In this document: piece by piece, positions 55,591-64,000 of the stretch
How positions within the stretch are numbered: position 1 is the stretch's first letter
Layout: every line of letters begins with the position of its first letter
From: Bacteriovoracaceae bacterium UBA4573
GTDB taxonomy: Bacteria > Bdellovibrionota > UBA1018 > UBA923
DNA length: 64,000 nt
Direction of reading: 5' to 3'
Assembly (NCBI GenBank): GCA_002387735.1
Contig: DGKJ01000029.1
Coordinates: 5,015 to 69,014 of the forward strand
Translations under genes and position numbers: made by a program
Notes under the pieces: model-generated
Database searches by the model: none
What the model was told of the DNA's origin: nothing
The model's input: only the letters and a program-made list of their open reading frames with translations

Positions 55591-57299
55591 TTTCGAAAAT
55601 TACTGAGCACCCCAGCACACGAGTCTTCACTCAATCGCAGGCGAGCGAGGCCCGGTAGGAGAACTTCAGTGTTTACTGGAGCATCGTTGAGAGTCCATTC
55701 GGCTCGCTGATAAATGCCGTCAATTTCCGGAATTTTATAGCCATTCATGCCGGTGTAATGATCCGTCACCACCAAGTAAAATCCATTTGGATCCACCACA
55801 CGTACAGTGCCATTGAGGTCGGTGATCAAGAAACGACGATCCCGTTCGACTACGTTAGAAGACAACACTGGATTGGGAAATGGACGGGAAGATTGCGCGC
55901 CGTAGTCGCGCATGGCCGCTACCAATTCAAGAAAGTCCGCGCCTTTTAAAAGGCGTGCGCCTAAGCGGCCCCGAAAGTGCACCACGCTCTTTAAATTCCC
56001 GACCGTGACCGGACCTTCGAAAAGCGCGTCGATTTTTGAACCCCATCCGTAGGACAAATAATTGTAAAGCCCTACAACGTCCGAGATTTTTCGGCCCACC
56101 TCTTTTTCGGAGTAAAACTTTAGCGCCCAATTCCTTAGAGTATCGGCCAAAACCCGCCCGACTCGCATTCGACGGTGCTCTTCGCGATTTAGAACGAACC
56201 CACGATCTTCCCAAAGCGGCGGAGCCAGAATCTCGACATTTTCGGCGTTGACGCTGTCTACAATCGCGTTGGCTTCTTTATAAAGTTCGGTAAACGCTTC
56301 GGGCAAAAGGGGCTCCGTTGGCTGCTGCAACCACTGATCACTGCTGCGACGGTCCCAATGATGAACCAGTGATACTTTGCCGTTGTCGTCCAGCTGAATC
56401 TCGGAAAAAGCTAGGTCCGACCCCGCCTCTACCACGCGCGTACCATGAAGTTCAGAATCAATTACCTGGTGCATATGGCCGCTAGCTACGAGCGGCACCA
56501 GCAACTTTTGTACGCGATCGTCACTGCGTTTCCAGTTTAAATACTCTTCGACGATCGGAGTCAGACGTGCTGCCCCATCGTGAATCAAAAAAACTACGCT
56601 TTCGACTCCGTCGTTGGCAGCCAATACGCTCTGTTCTTTCATCGTATCCAAGTATTTTCGTGGAGCCTCAGTTTTGAAAATACGAGCGCCCGTTTGGCTA
56701 TAAGCAGTTTCCTGAAAAAAAGTCTCAAGTGAAATACCTACGACCCGTACCCGTTTTCCCCCAAGTCGGTGTTCTTGGTACGGAGCAAAGATTCTACGGT
56801 ACTTCTTCTCCGGGAACAAATTGGCCGTCAGCACACTTTGTCCCGTGCGATTCAAATAACGCCGGTGCTGCTTCAAAAAAACTTGATGGGGTTTTCCGAC
56901 GTGATTGAAATCAAACCCCTCGTGGTTGCCAAGCGCCAGAGCCGTTGGGTATTCGTTGGCTAAAGTCTCTACCAATCGATAGTCGAGTTCGCCGTGGTCA
57001 CGCTCTGCGTACAATCCGGTTCCAGCAATGTCGCCATTCACTAGTACCAAGACGTCACCATTGGCAGCTCGCTGGCGAAATTCCCTAACCCGAGCCGATA
57101 GGCCTTTTAAAAATGGTTCGAATTGGTCGTAGGCGCTATGAGTGTCCGAAATGAGAAAAATTCGACTTTCACCAGCCTGGGCCGAAGCGACTGTGGCCAA
57201 CAGAATCTGTACCAAAACCAAAAGCGCCAGTTTCATTACTATTATTCCCTTCGAAGTTGATGGGGACGACCTACCGAAGTTCAAAGATTTTTGATACAC
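55587..57299 (-). CDS. Secreted bifunctional metallophosphatase/5'-nucleotidase (UshA-like)
   Basis: Signal peptide. Calcineurin-like motifs ISDTHSAY, LVNGDIAG, LGNHEGFDF, then GHMHQV. C-terminal 5'-nucleotidase substrate-binding domain. Confidence 0.7.
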   Translation of the reverse strand: MYQKSLNFGRSSPSTSKGIIVMKLALLVLVQILLATVASAQAGESRIFLISDTHSAYDQFEPFLKGLSARVREFRQRAANGDVLVLVNGDIAGTGLYAERDHGELDYRLVETLANEYPTALALGNHEGFDFNHVGKPHQVFLKQHRRYLNRTGQSVLTANLFPEKKYRRIFAPYQEHRLGGKRVRVVGISLETFFQETAYSQTGARIFKTEAPRKYLDTMKEQSVLAANDGVESVVFLIHDGAARLTPIVEEYLNWKRSDDRVQKLLVPLVASGHMHQVIDSELHGTRVVEAGSDLAFSEIQLDDNGKVSLVHHWDRRSSDQWLQQPTEPLLPEAFTELYKEANAIVDSVNAENVEILAPPLWEDRGFVLNREEHRRMRVGRVLADTLRNWALKFYSEKEVGRKISDVVGLYNYLSYGWGSKIDALFEGPVTVGNLKSVVHFRGRLGARLLKGADFLELVAAMRDYGAQSSRPFPNPVLSSNVVERDRRFLITDLNGTVRVVDPNGFYLVVTDHYTGMNGYKIPEIDGIYQRAEWTLNDAPVNTEVLLPGLARLRLSEDSCAGVLSNFRK

Positions 57300-57306
57300 C
57301 TTCTTT

Positions 57307-58191
57307 ATGGAAAACCGACAACTGCCTGCCTATTTTTTGGAAAACGGCCAACACCCAATTGAAAAAGCTCACGTTGCCGTCGTACCGGTCCCCTTCGAAG
57401 GGGCGATCAGCTACCTATCGGGGGCCTCGGCCGGACCTCGGGCCATTCTCGAAGCCAGTGCGCAAGTTGAGCTATATGATTTCGAAAATGATGTTGATCT
57501 AACAAACGTGCGATTTCATACAGCAGATGCCCCTACTCTTAAAACCTACCAAGACGTGCGCAATCACGTCGCATCACATCTGGCATCTTTAACGCCGGAA
57601 CAATTCTATCTCGGCCTTGGCGGTGATCACACGGTAACTATTCCGGCGATCGAGCATTTTTCAAAAAAATATCCCAAAATGGGAATCGTTCAATTCGACG
57701 CACATGCTGATCTCCGCGACACGCTTCACGACGACAAATACAGTCACGCTTGCATCATGCGTCGTAATGCTGAGATTATTGGACCCAAAAACATTCTCTC
57801 CGTTGGCATTCGGGCGGTAAGTTTAGAAGAAAAAAATTACATTCAAGAAAATGGCGTGAACACCATTCCCGGAAACTTCGCTTTACACGAAAATTTACTT
57901 CCGCGTTTTAGCGAACTACTCATACGACTCCCCCACGACATTTTTCTAACCGTGGACCTTGACGGTCTTGACCCAACGATCATGCCTCACGTGGGCACGC
58001 CCGTGCCTGGCGGTCTAAGCTGGCACCAAACGGTCCAGTTGATCAAAGAACTTTTTCGCCGCAAAAACGTAATCGCGGCTGACGTCGTGGAAATCGCGAG
58101 CAACTCCAACTCTCAGCGGTCCGACTTTACAGCAGCTCTGCTTGCACAAAAGATCGTGGCGTTTTGGGCCCGCAATCGGCGTCTCACATGA
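57307..58191 (+). CDS. Arginase/agmatinase/formiminoglutamase-family ureohydrolase
   Basis: Mn-ligand motifs GGDHTVTIPAI, QFDAHADL, LTVDLDGLDP. 294 aa. The SELLIRLPHDIFLTVDLDGLDP region resembles agmatinase. Confidence 0.75.
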   Translation: MENRQLPAYFLENGQHPIEKAHVAVVPVPFEGAISYLSGASAGPRAILEASAQVELYDFENDVDLTNVRFHTADAPTLKTYQDVRNHVASHLASLTPEQFYLGLGGDHTVTIPAIEHFSKKYPKMGIVQFDAHADLRDTLHDDKYSHACIMRRNAEIIGPKNILSVGIRAVSLEEKNYIQENGVNTIPGNFALHENLLPRFSELLIRLPHDIFLTVDLDGLDPTIMPHVGTPVPGGLSWHQTVQLIKELFRRKNVIAADVVEIASNSNSQRSDFTAALLAQKIVAFWARNRRLT

Positions 58192-58502
58192 ACTCAGATA
58201 TTGCCAGTGCCCCCGTACTCGCACTTACGGAAGAAAATTTCTCAAAGGGTTTTTTAGTCGACGATGAATGGATCGCGGGAGTCACCGAGTTACCAAGCAC
58301 TACGGGGGGAACGGTTTTCGCTGCCTATGTTAGTCACTACCTGACTGGTGAGACTATCCAATACCAGGAATTCCCTGAACCACGCCAGGCCATAGATTTT
58401 ATACGCGCGATCGACCGCGCATGGGTGTACGAAGCAATCGGGTGCGACACTCACGGCAGTAGCGCGAAATCTTGCTCTAAATCTTGTTCCGGCTGCGGTT
58501 AA
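58188..58502 (+). CDS. Small hypothetical protein with Cys-rich C-terminus (CSKSCSGCG)
   Basis: ATGA overlap with the ureohydrolase stop (translational coupling). 104 aa. Ends in C-x3-C-x2-C. Confidence 0.3.
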   Translation: MNSDIASAPVLALTEENFSKGFLVDDEWIAGVTELPSTTGGTVFAAYVSHYLTGETIQYQEFPEPRQAIDFIRAIDRAWVYEAIGCDTHGSSAKSCSKSCSGCG

Positions 58503-59065
58503 ACCGACACTACTTCTTGAATTTCTGGGATAGCGCTTTTGAGGCGTGTCTCAATGCCTTGTTTTAGTGTGGCAGTCGAACTCGGACAACCACTGCATGA
58601 GCCCTGCATTTGCAAATACACCACGCCCGCCTCGAAGCGATCAAAAGTGATATCGCCGCCATCCATTGCTACGGCTGGACGAATTTCGCGGTCTAGAATT
58701 TCACGAATCTTGTCTTCGATTCCGCCACCGGCGCTCGCGCTAGCGGCAGCATCATGGGCCGCTACATAGTCGGCGTCAACCACTGGCAAACCCTTACCCA
58801 AGTGGTCTTTCATGACGTCCATGACTCCTCGATTAAGACTCTCCCAGTCGCCGTCACTGCCTTTAGTGATTGTCACAAAATTGCGGCCGATCATTACCCC
58901 CGCCACTCCAAGCACTTCGAAAAGTCGGGTGGCGAGTGGAGACTTCGTGGCGGACTCACGAGTCGCAAAATTAGCAGGCCCTTTTTCCAAAATCGTTTCT
59001 TCTAACACGTACTTGAGCGTGTTCGGATTGGGCGTGAATTCCAACGAAATGTTCGGCGTGTTCAT
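58499..59065 (-). CDS. Nfu-type Fe-S cluster assembly protein (Nfu_N + NifU C-terminal CxxC domain)
   Basis: N-domain LKYVLEETILEKG...VAGVMIGRNFVTITK. C-domain ...IRPAVAMDGGDITF...LQMQGSCSGCPSSTATLKQGIE. Confidence 0.75.
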   Translation of the reverse strand: MNTPNISLEFTPNPNTLKYVLEETILEKGPANFATRESATKSPLATRLFEVLGVAGVMIGRNFVTITKGSDGDWESLNRGVMDVMKDHLGKGLPVVDADYVAAHDAAASASAGGGIEDKIREILDREIRPAVAMDGGDITFDRFEAGVVYLQMQGSCSGCPSSTATLKQGIETRLKSAIPEIQEVVSV

Positions 59066-59130
59066 GAGTTCAGCTCCTGATAGATGATTCTAATGCCGAT
59101 GATATATATCGTAATTTGAGCGAATGCACA

Positions 59131-59934
59131 CTAAAAACGAAATCGAACGCCGCCTTTTAGCACCGATATGTCGTCGCGCAAGTAAGGAACCGTGGCTCCG
59201 TCACGCACCGACGGGCTATTTCTTAAAATTTGGTCAAAATTGGCAAAAAGCCCTACGCGCAAGTCGAAGTCTCTAAGGGCTACTAAGTAGTCGGCGTCGA
59301 TTTCGAATTGGGTTGTATCGCCGGTGCCATAGGTCACGGCGTGATCAACATCGTAGGAAATTGAAGCGGACTTACAAGTAAAGGCCCCTTTTGAACCAAC
59401 AACTGGGCGACCACTCTCTTGTTCACCGTGAGTGAGATTGTCGTACCAAGCCACACCTGCCACGCCGTAGAGTTCAATCTGGCAGCTGCCTTTTGCCTTA
59501 ATCACTTTCCCAAGATAAATGGACGTTTTGGTTCGAACATAGTCTGGAATTCCCACGATTTCAGAAACCTGCACGGCCGCGTCCAGAGCGTCGACGCCGA
59601 CCCAATAGTGTCCGCCGGCGAGATCAACGTAGCGCGAGAGTCCTAAAACGCCTTTCACGGAACCCGCCCACGCGTCGTCGACCACCGAACCAGTGGCTTC
59701 GATGCGGGATATCCATTTTGTCTTAGCTTTTTTGGACAGCTTTCCGGATTGAATGATTAACAACTGCAGATCCGTTCCACGATCCATTCCTGAGTTGTAG
59801 TTATAGGGGTGACGCATACCGAGCATCCCCACCTGAGCTTTGGTCACCGGTAAAGCGTACACTGTAACGCTCTCATCGGCGTTTGCGCTCCCGATCAAAC
59901 TTAAACCCAACAATAACGTGGTGAGAATTTTCAT
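59131..59934 (-). CDS. Outer-membrane beta-barrel protein (hypothetical)
   Basis: Signal peptide MKILTTLLLGLSLIGSANA. Alternating amphipathic beta-strands. C-terminal ...GGVRFRF ending in Phe. Confidence 0.5.
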   Translation of the reverse strand: MKILTTLLLGLSLIGSANADESVTVYALPVTKAQVGMLGMRHPYNYNSGMDRGTDLQLLIIQSGKLSKKAKTKWISRIEATGSVVDDAWAGSVKGVLGLSRYVDLAGGHYWVGVDALDAAVQVSEIVGIPDYVRTKTSIYLGKVIKAKGSCQIELYGVAGVAWYDNLTHGEQESGRPVVGSKGAFTCKSASISYDVDHAVTYGTGDTTQFEIDADYLVALRDFDLRVGLFANFDQILRNSPSVRDGATVPYLRDDISVLKGGVRFRF

Positions 59935-60075
59935 GAAAATGGTTCCCTTTCGAAAAAAATACAGTTCCGAGTAACGCGGCGCTTAATATCAAAATCTCCT
60001 GCAACTTGAAAGGCAAACGCCATTCTGATAAAAAAAGTCGATTTTTTAAGGATCCTCATAACCGACGGAGTCCGA

Positions 60076-61632
60076 ATGCGCGTGTTGGCTTTTGCACTTA
60101 GCTTAATGTTCGGTCCCGAGCTTTTAACCCCCACGACAACTGCAGCAGCCGAAATTTCACCGACTCCCAAACCTCAGAATCAAGCAATGATCACCCTTTT
60201 ACATATAAACGACGCATATGAACTGGCTCCAATCCAGGGCCGGGGTGGACTTGCCCGAATAAAAGGGCTTAGCGAACAAATTCGACGCCACCATGAAAAA
60301 CCGGAGAACGTGCTGTTGCTCCATGCCGGCGATTTTTTGGCCCCTTCGCTGGATTCTCAGATTTTTCGGGGCACCCAAATGATTGACGTCATGAATCGTA
60401 TGGGTTTCGACGCGGTCACCTTGGGTAACCATGAATTCGAGTACGGCCCGGAAACACTCTTAGAAAGAATGGCGACCGCCAAGTTCCCAATTGTTACTTC
60501 GAATATTCACCAAATTAATAGTTTTGGTTTTGGCAACGCTCATCGATTCTTATTGATTGAACGAAATGGCATCAAAATTGGAATTTTCGCAGTCACCACA
60601 CCTAGCACCACGCAGTCTTCTTTTCCCGGACCGAACGTGGTGTTTGACGACGTTATTCCGGCAGCAAAAAAAGCGGTTCGACAGTTACAGGACCGAGGCG
60701 CGCAATTTGTAATCGCCCTCACTCACCTAGGAATCGCAGAGGACCGCGCACTAGCCCGCGCCGTTGACGGCGTTCATCTAATTCTTGGTGGCCATGATCA
60801 TAGCCCCATGCACATCGAAGAAAACGGCGTGCAAATAATTAAAGCCGGTACCGACGCTCAGTACTTGGGACGAGTAGATTTGGTTTTTACGGATGGTGGA
60901 GCCGTGAGTAGCAAACAATCCTCTTTAATACCCATAACTGCTGAGACTCCGTCTGATCCTGATCTTGACGCCCTCATTACGAATTACGTGAACGAGGTTC
61001 AGCAAAAAACTCACCATCCCTTGGCAGCCACAGAAGTGGACTTTGAGGTGGACCAAGATGTCGTTCGCACAAAAGAAACCGCTGTGGGAAATCTTCTTGC
61101 TGACGCTTTTCGTGAACGCTTCAAGGCCGACCTTGCAATCGTCGGAGGTGGCACGATTCGCGGCAACCGGCTTTTTAAGGCGGGAGAATCTATTTCGCTT
61201 TCGGACATTCGCAGCATGATTCCCTGGGCCGGCACGTTGGCCAAGATTAAAATATCGGGCGCGACTTTGCTGAGAACACTGGAACACTCGATCAACACCA
61301 TTCCGAGTTCGAGTTTTCCCCAGGTTTCCAAGAACGTCCGACTTGAATTTGATCCGTCCCGTTCGCCCGGTAACAGGATCGTAACTCTCACGCTCGACGG
61401 AATTCCCGTGAGTGCCGACCAGCAGTACACTTTAGCGATCGACAATTACCGAATTAATGGCGGTGACGGGTTTGGATACCTCGCACAGGAAAGCGAGATT
61501 CTAATCGGCGACGACGCAAAGGTCGGCGAATTCGATGCTTTAGTCGACGCCATTCGCGGAAAGACAATCGCACCAGTGGTCGATGGCCGCGTTAAATGCG
61601 TCGATATTCTAAAATCCGGTTCAGAGAGCTGA
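60076..61632 (+). CDS. Secreted bifunctional metallophosphatase/5'-nucleotidase (UshA-like), paralog of 55587..57299
   Basis: Signal peptide. LLHINDAYE, LHAGDFLAPS, LGNHEFEYG, GGHDHSP. C-terminal 5'-nucleotidase domain (...LAIDNYRINGGDGF...). Confidence 0.7.
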   Translation: MRVLAFALSLMFGPELLTPTTTAAAEISPTPKPQNQAMITLLHINDAYELAPIQGRGGLARIKGLSEQIRRHHEKPENVLLLHAGDFLAPSLDSQIFRGTQMIDVMNRMGFDAVTLGNHEFEYGPETLLERMATAKFPIVTSNIHQINSFGFGNAHRFLLIERNGIKIGIFAVTTPSTTQSSFPGPNVVFDDVIPAAKKAVRQLQDRGAQFVIALTHLGIAEDRALARAVDGVHLILGGHDHSPMHIEENGVQIIKAGTDAQYLGRVDLVFTDGGAVSSKQSSLIPITAETPSDPDLDALITNYVNEVQQKTHHPLAATEVDFEVDQDVVRTKETAVGNLLADAFRERFKADLAIVGGGTIRGNRLFKAGESISLSDIRSMIPWAGTLAKIKISGATLLRTLEHSINTIPSSSFPQVSKNVRLEFDPSRSPGNRIVTLTLDGIPVSADQQYTLAIDNYRINGGDGFGYLAQESEILIGDDAKVGEFDALVDAIRGKTIAPVVDGRVKCVDILKSGSES

Positions 61633-61654
61633 CCCGGCGTAAGCGACGCCTAAA

Positions 61655-62797
61655 TCAGACGTACTGACCTTTCTTTATCTTATCTACGATGATTTTTTCT
61701 GGCATCGTCGGGTCCTTCGGATCAACCGTAAAGTACGCCTGTTGTTCGCAACGACGTTTGTTTTTAAGCAACCAACGAAGAATTTCAGAACACCCTTTAT
61801 TGCGTTTATCTTGAAAAAAGGGGTCATTTTTAAGTGCGTCGTCGGCTTTCTTTAGGGCGCGCACCTCTTGAGCGTCATTCTCTTTTACGGGATAGTCGTT
61901 TAGATCATATTTTTTAATGTCTTCTGGCAACACCCCTAAGAAATGAACATCGGGGGCCGAGTAGTCGGAGTTTCGAATAAGACTCGCTGCGGACCCCGCC
62001 TTAAGTGTGCGATAAATGTTTTGCATGGTGTACGCGTCAAGGTCGCCAAAGAAAAACATCGGCGTCCGCAATTGGTCCTGAATGAGTTTAGCCCAGCCGC
62101 GCACGGCGTTTGACGGCACCCCTTGCGCACCAATCACGATAGCATTGTGCCGTTTGGTGAAACCATTGGCCACGAGCGTATTGGCGGTACCTTCCGATTC
62201 GACAATAAGAGCAAAATCCACTTTCTTTTTTGTCGTCAGTTTTAAGTTTTGCGGTCGATTTTTTGGCTGAAAGGGACTTGTTCCGAGCTTAGAAAGGTCG
62301 ATCACTGCCTTTTCGCCGTCCGGTAAAGTTTCCGTAACAACCAAATGCTGGGAATAGGTTTGCCCGCCTCGGTCGTTTGCGTAGCAATTCACTTCTTCGC
62401 GATAAATCTCTAACATTTCGCAGATGAAGTCGATCGTAGCGTCACTTTCGTCTTGATCCCCGAAATCCAGCGGTTTGAGTTTTGGATTGTGCTTAATCTC
62501 GCCTTTCGAAATATAGTACAACTCGCGTTTGGTATTTACGCTCCCGGTATCGAGATTTCGTAAAAGAATCTCCAGCATGAAAATTGCGCGCGACATTTTT
62601 TTTACAGAACTTACGTTCAGTTCTGTACGAACCTTTTTGTTACCGGGCTGCAAATAACCGACCTTGTGATCGTATCTCGCGTTGTCCAATGCGCATTTGG
62701 TGGCCAGCAGCACTGGACGTTTGGCCTTCTCGAGATCACTCAACAAGCGGCTACAAAGTTCTCGCGACATTTTTGGTATCGTTTGGTCTTTATTCAT
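61655..62797 (-). CDS. DNA topoisomerase VI subunit A / Spo11-like (5Y-CAP + Toprim)
   Basis: Catalytic-Tyr motif TKRELYYISK in winged-helix region. Toprim Glu (ALIVESEGTANTL) and DxD (FFFGDLDAYTMQNI). 380 aa, typical of Top6A. Confidence 0.7.
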   Translation of the reverse strand: MNKDQTIPKMSRELCSRLLSDLEKAKRPVLLATKCALDNARYDHKVGYLQPGNKKVRTELNVSSVKKMSRAIFMLEILLRNLDTGSVNTKRELYYISKGEIKHNPKLKPLDFGDQDESDATIDFICEMLEIYREEVNCYANDRGGQTYSQHLVVTETLPDGEKAVIDLSKLGTSPFQPKNRPQNLKLTTKKKVDFALIVESEGTANTLVANGFTKRHNAIVIGAQGVPSNAVRGWAKLIQDQLRTPMFFFGDLDAYTMQNIYRTLKAGSAASLIRNSDYSAPDVHFLGVLPEDIKKYDLNDYPVKENDAQEVRALKKADDALKNDPFFQDKRNKGCSEILRWLLKNKRRCEQQAYFTVDPKDPTMPEKIIVDKIKKGQYV

Positions 62798-62805
62798 GTG
62801 TTCCT

Positions 62806-64000
62806 CTACAAATTGAAACTAGTTTGACCGCCGCCATCACTGTCGTCGTCGTCACTGCTAGCTCGTACGGCAGCCGGCTTAGCTTTTTCACGGGCACCGC
62901 TTTTAGATTTTTTCTGTTTTCCGTTTTCGGAGCCGTCACTATCCCCGCCTTCGTCGTCGTCCGGCTTTTTATTTTTGTTACTTTTGGCGATCGCTGCGGT
63001 CACAATCGCATCTGCTTCTTTTAACTCGGTTTGTGCTTCCCGAGCATCACGACCAAGAATTTTTACCAACCCATCCTCAGCGCGTTTTTTGCGAGCTTCA
63101 GGAGCATTGGTGATCCGACAAAGACCATCGACTAAAATTGGGCAAAACTGTTCGATATGCCGCAGTTTTTCTTCGAGATCATTGGCTTTGACTTCGCGCC
63201 GAATATGCCGTGAAAGTCGTTGCCCCGCTTGTATAAGCGCTCTTCGAATTTCTTCTACTAGCTCTTCACTCGCGTCGATGGTTTCTTTGGATGCATTTTT
63301 AAATTTAATAAACGGCGACACCACCGACACGGCCATGACGTAGGGGCCCGAAGGCAACCCACCGCGCGGCTGCGCCAGTTGATATGCGCGCCAATTTACA
63401 CTTTCAATTGCTTTAACTATTGCACATGCCGCTTTATCGAACTGTAGCGGCACCCGATTAGCGAAACGCAAAACCTGAACCGGAGTTTCGGCGTCATCGC
63501 CTACCGCGCGGTTTAACAATCGCGCAATCGCCACTTCAACCTGAACGGGTTTAAAGTCCGCGATGGTGGGCTTGCGAGAAACCACCGAAAAAAAATCTAC
63601 TTCGCCCAATCTTTGAATTGCTTTCGAGAGCGACGCCTCGCCGATTGCAAGCACCGATCGAGTGCTAGGCGCCATGAGCGGAGTATTTTGAATTGCACTG
63701 AAAAGTTCTCTAAACTCTGCTTCACTGAGTGCATCAACGTTCTTTTCAAACAATGCGGGCTTTAGCCCAGCTTTCTTTAATTCGGCAATCGATGCATCGC
63801 TGACTCGCGAAAAACCTTTTTTTAGCCAAGCCGAAGTTTTCACCCGGCCAAACAAGTGAGAGTGCGCAATGAATTCGCCCAACTTCATGGTGTGGGGGTG
63901 CGGTTCGGTGGCTTGAGGAATTTCTGGGATCTCTTTGGTCAGACGTTCAAGTTTTTGCACGCCCAGTTCAGGAAGTTTATAGCTAAGCGTTATGTGGGGG
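62806..64000 (-). CDS. DNA topoisomerase VI subunit B, C-terminal part (H2TH + transducer). Gene continues beyond the window edge
   Basis: Transducer-domain block VLRFANRVPLQFDKAACAIVKAIESVNWRAYQL...GPYVMAVSVVSPFIKFKNASKETIDASEELVEEIRRAL matches the Top6B transducer. The GHKL ATPase N-terminal half is not in the window. Charged low-complexity C-tail. Confidence 0.65.
   Translation of the reverse strand, partial: PHITLSYKLPELGVQKLERLTKEIPEIPQATEPHPHTMKLGEFIAHSHLFGRVKTSAWLKKGFSRVSDASIAELKKAGLKPALFEKNVDALSEAEFRELFSAIQNTPLMAPSTRSVLAIGEASLSKAIQRLGEVDFFSVVSRKPTIADFKPVQVEVAIARLLNRAVGDDAETPVQVLRFANRVPLQFDKAACAIVKAIESVNWRAYQLAQPRGGLPSGPYVMAVSVVSPFIKFKNASKETIDASEELVEEIRRALIQAGQRLSRHIRREVKANDLEEKLRHIEQFCPILVDGLCRITNAPEARKKRAEDGLVKILGRDAREAQTELKEADAIVTAAIAKSNKNKKPDDDEGGDSDGSENGKQKKSKSGAREKAKPAAVRASSDDDDSDGGGQTSFNL

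Noticed and set aside
1-64000. Searched by eye for tRNA/rRNA, IS elements, integrases, phage or defence-island hallmarks (Cas, RM, TA pairs)
   Set aside because: No intergenic region has tRNA-like cloverleaf features such as a GTTCGAATC T-loop. No transposase, integrase or recombinase motifs in any ORF. No obvious restriction-modification gene, since the lone SAM-MTase lacks DNA-MTase motifs IV (DPPY/NPPY).

Overview
This 64-kb window is about 50% GC and densely coding on both strands, with roughly 55 CDS. I found no rRNA, tRNA, CRISPR array, transposase, integrase or phage genes by eye. It looks like core chromosome of a Gram-negative bacterium. The predatory/deltaproteobacterial flavour (many signal-peptide proteins, an H+-pyrophosphatase, RRM RNA-binding protein, Bdellovibrio-like gene content) is inference only.

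Clear housekeeping genes:
- purK-purE
- the sucA-sucB-lpdA operon followed by slyD (His-rich tail) and an HI0933-family flavoprotein
- hppA, the tail-specific protease prc, rnhA, htpX, apaG, tsaC/sua5, a 2Fe-2S ferredoxin, an Nfu-type Fe-S protein
- a MATE efflux pump, an MtaD-like amidohydrolase, an arginase/agmatinase-family enzyme, and two paralogous UshA-like 5'-nucleotidases

Lineage-specific or unusual content, covered in the findings:
1. Two paralogous small proteins that fuse a STAS (anti-sigma-antagonist) domain to a C-terminal double-CxxC zinc ribbon. Each sits in a different putative partner-switching module: one with a HAMP-PP2C/SpoIIE sensor phosphatase plus a PAS/Cys-cluster protein, the other with an extended GHKL anti-sigma-kinase-like protein.
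2. A bacterial topoisomerase VI B/A (Spo11-like) gene pair at the 3' edge. The B gene runs off the window.
3. A minus-strand operon: B12-binding radical-SAM enzyme (non-canonical Cx4Cx2C) -> 540-aa secreted protein -> phenylalanine-hydroxylase-like protein with large N- and C-terminal extensions -> DUF423 membrane protein.
4. An RNase HI with a C-terminal (not N-terminal) RNase-H1-type hybrid-binding domain.
5. A 1037-aa lipoprotein with a Gly/Ser linker, about 8 tandem Cys-pair Ig-like repeats and a C-terminal LamG-like jellyroll, next to a SWIM-SNF2 helicase.

All product calls come from motif reading of the supplied translations. No database search was possible.
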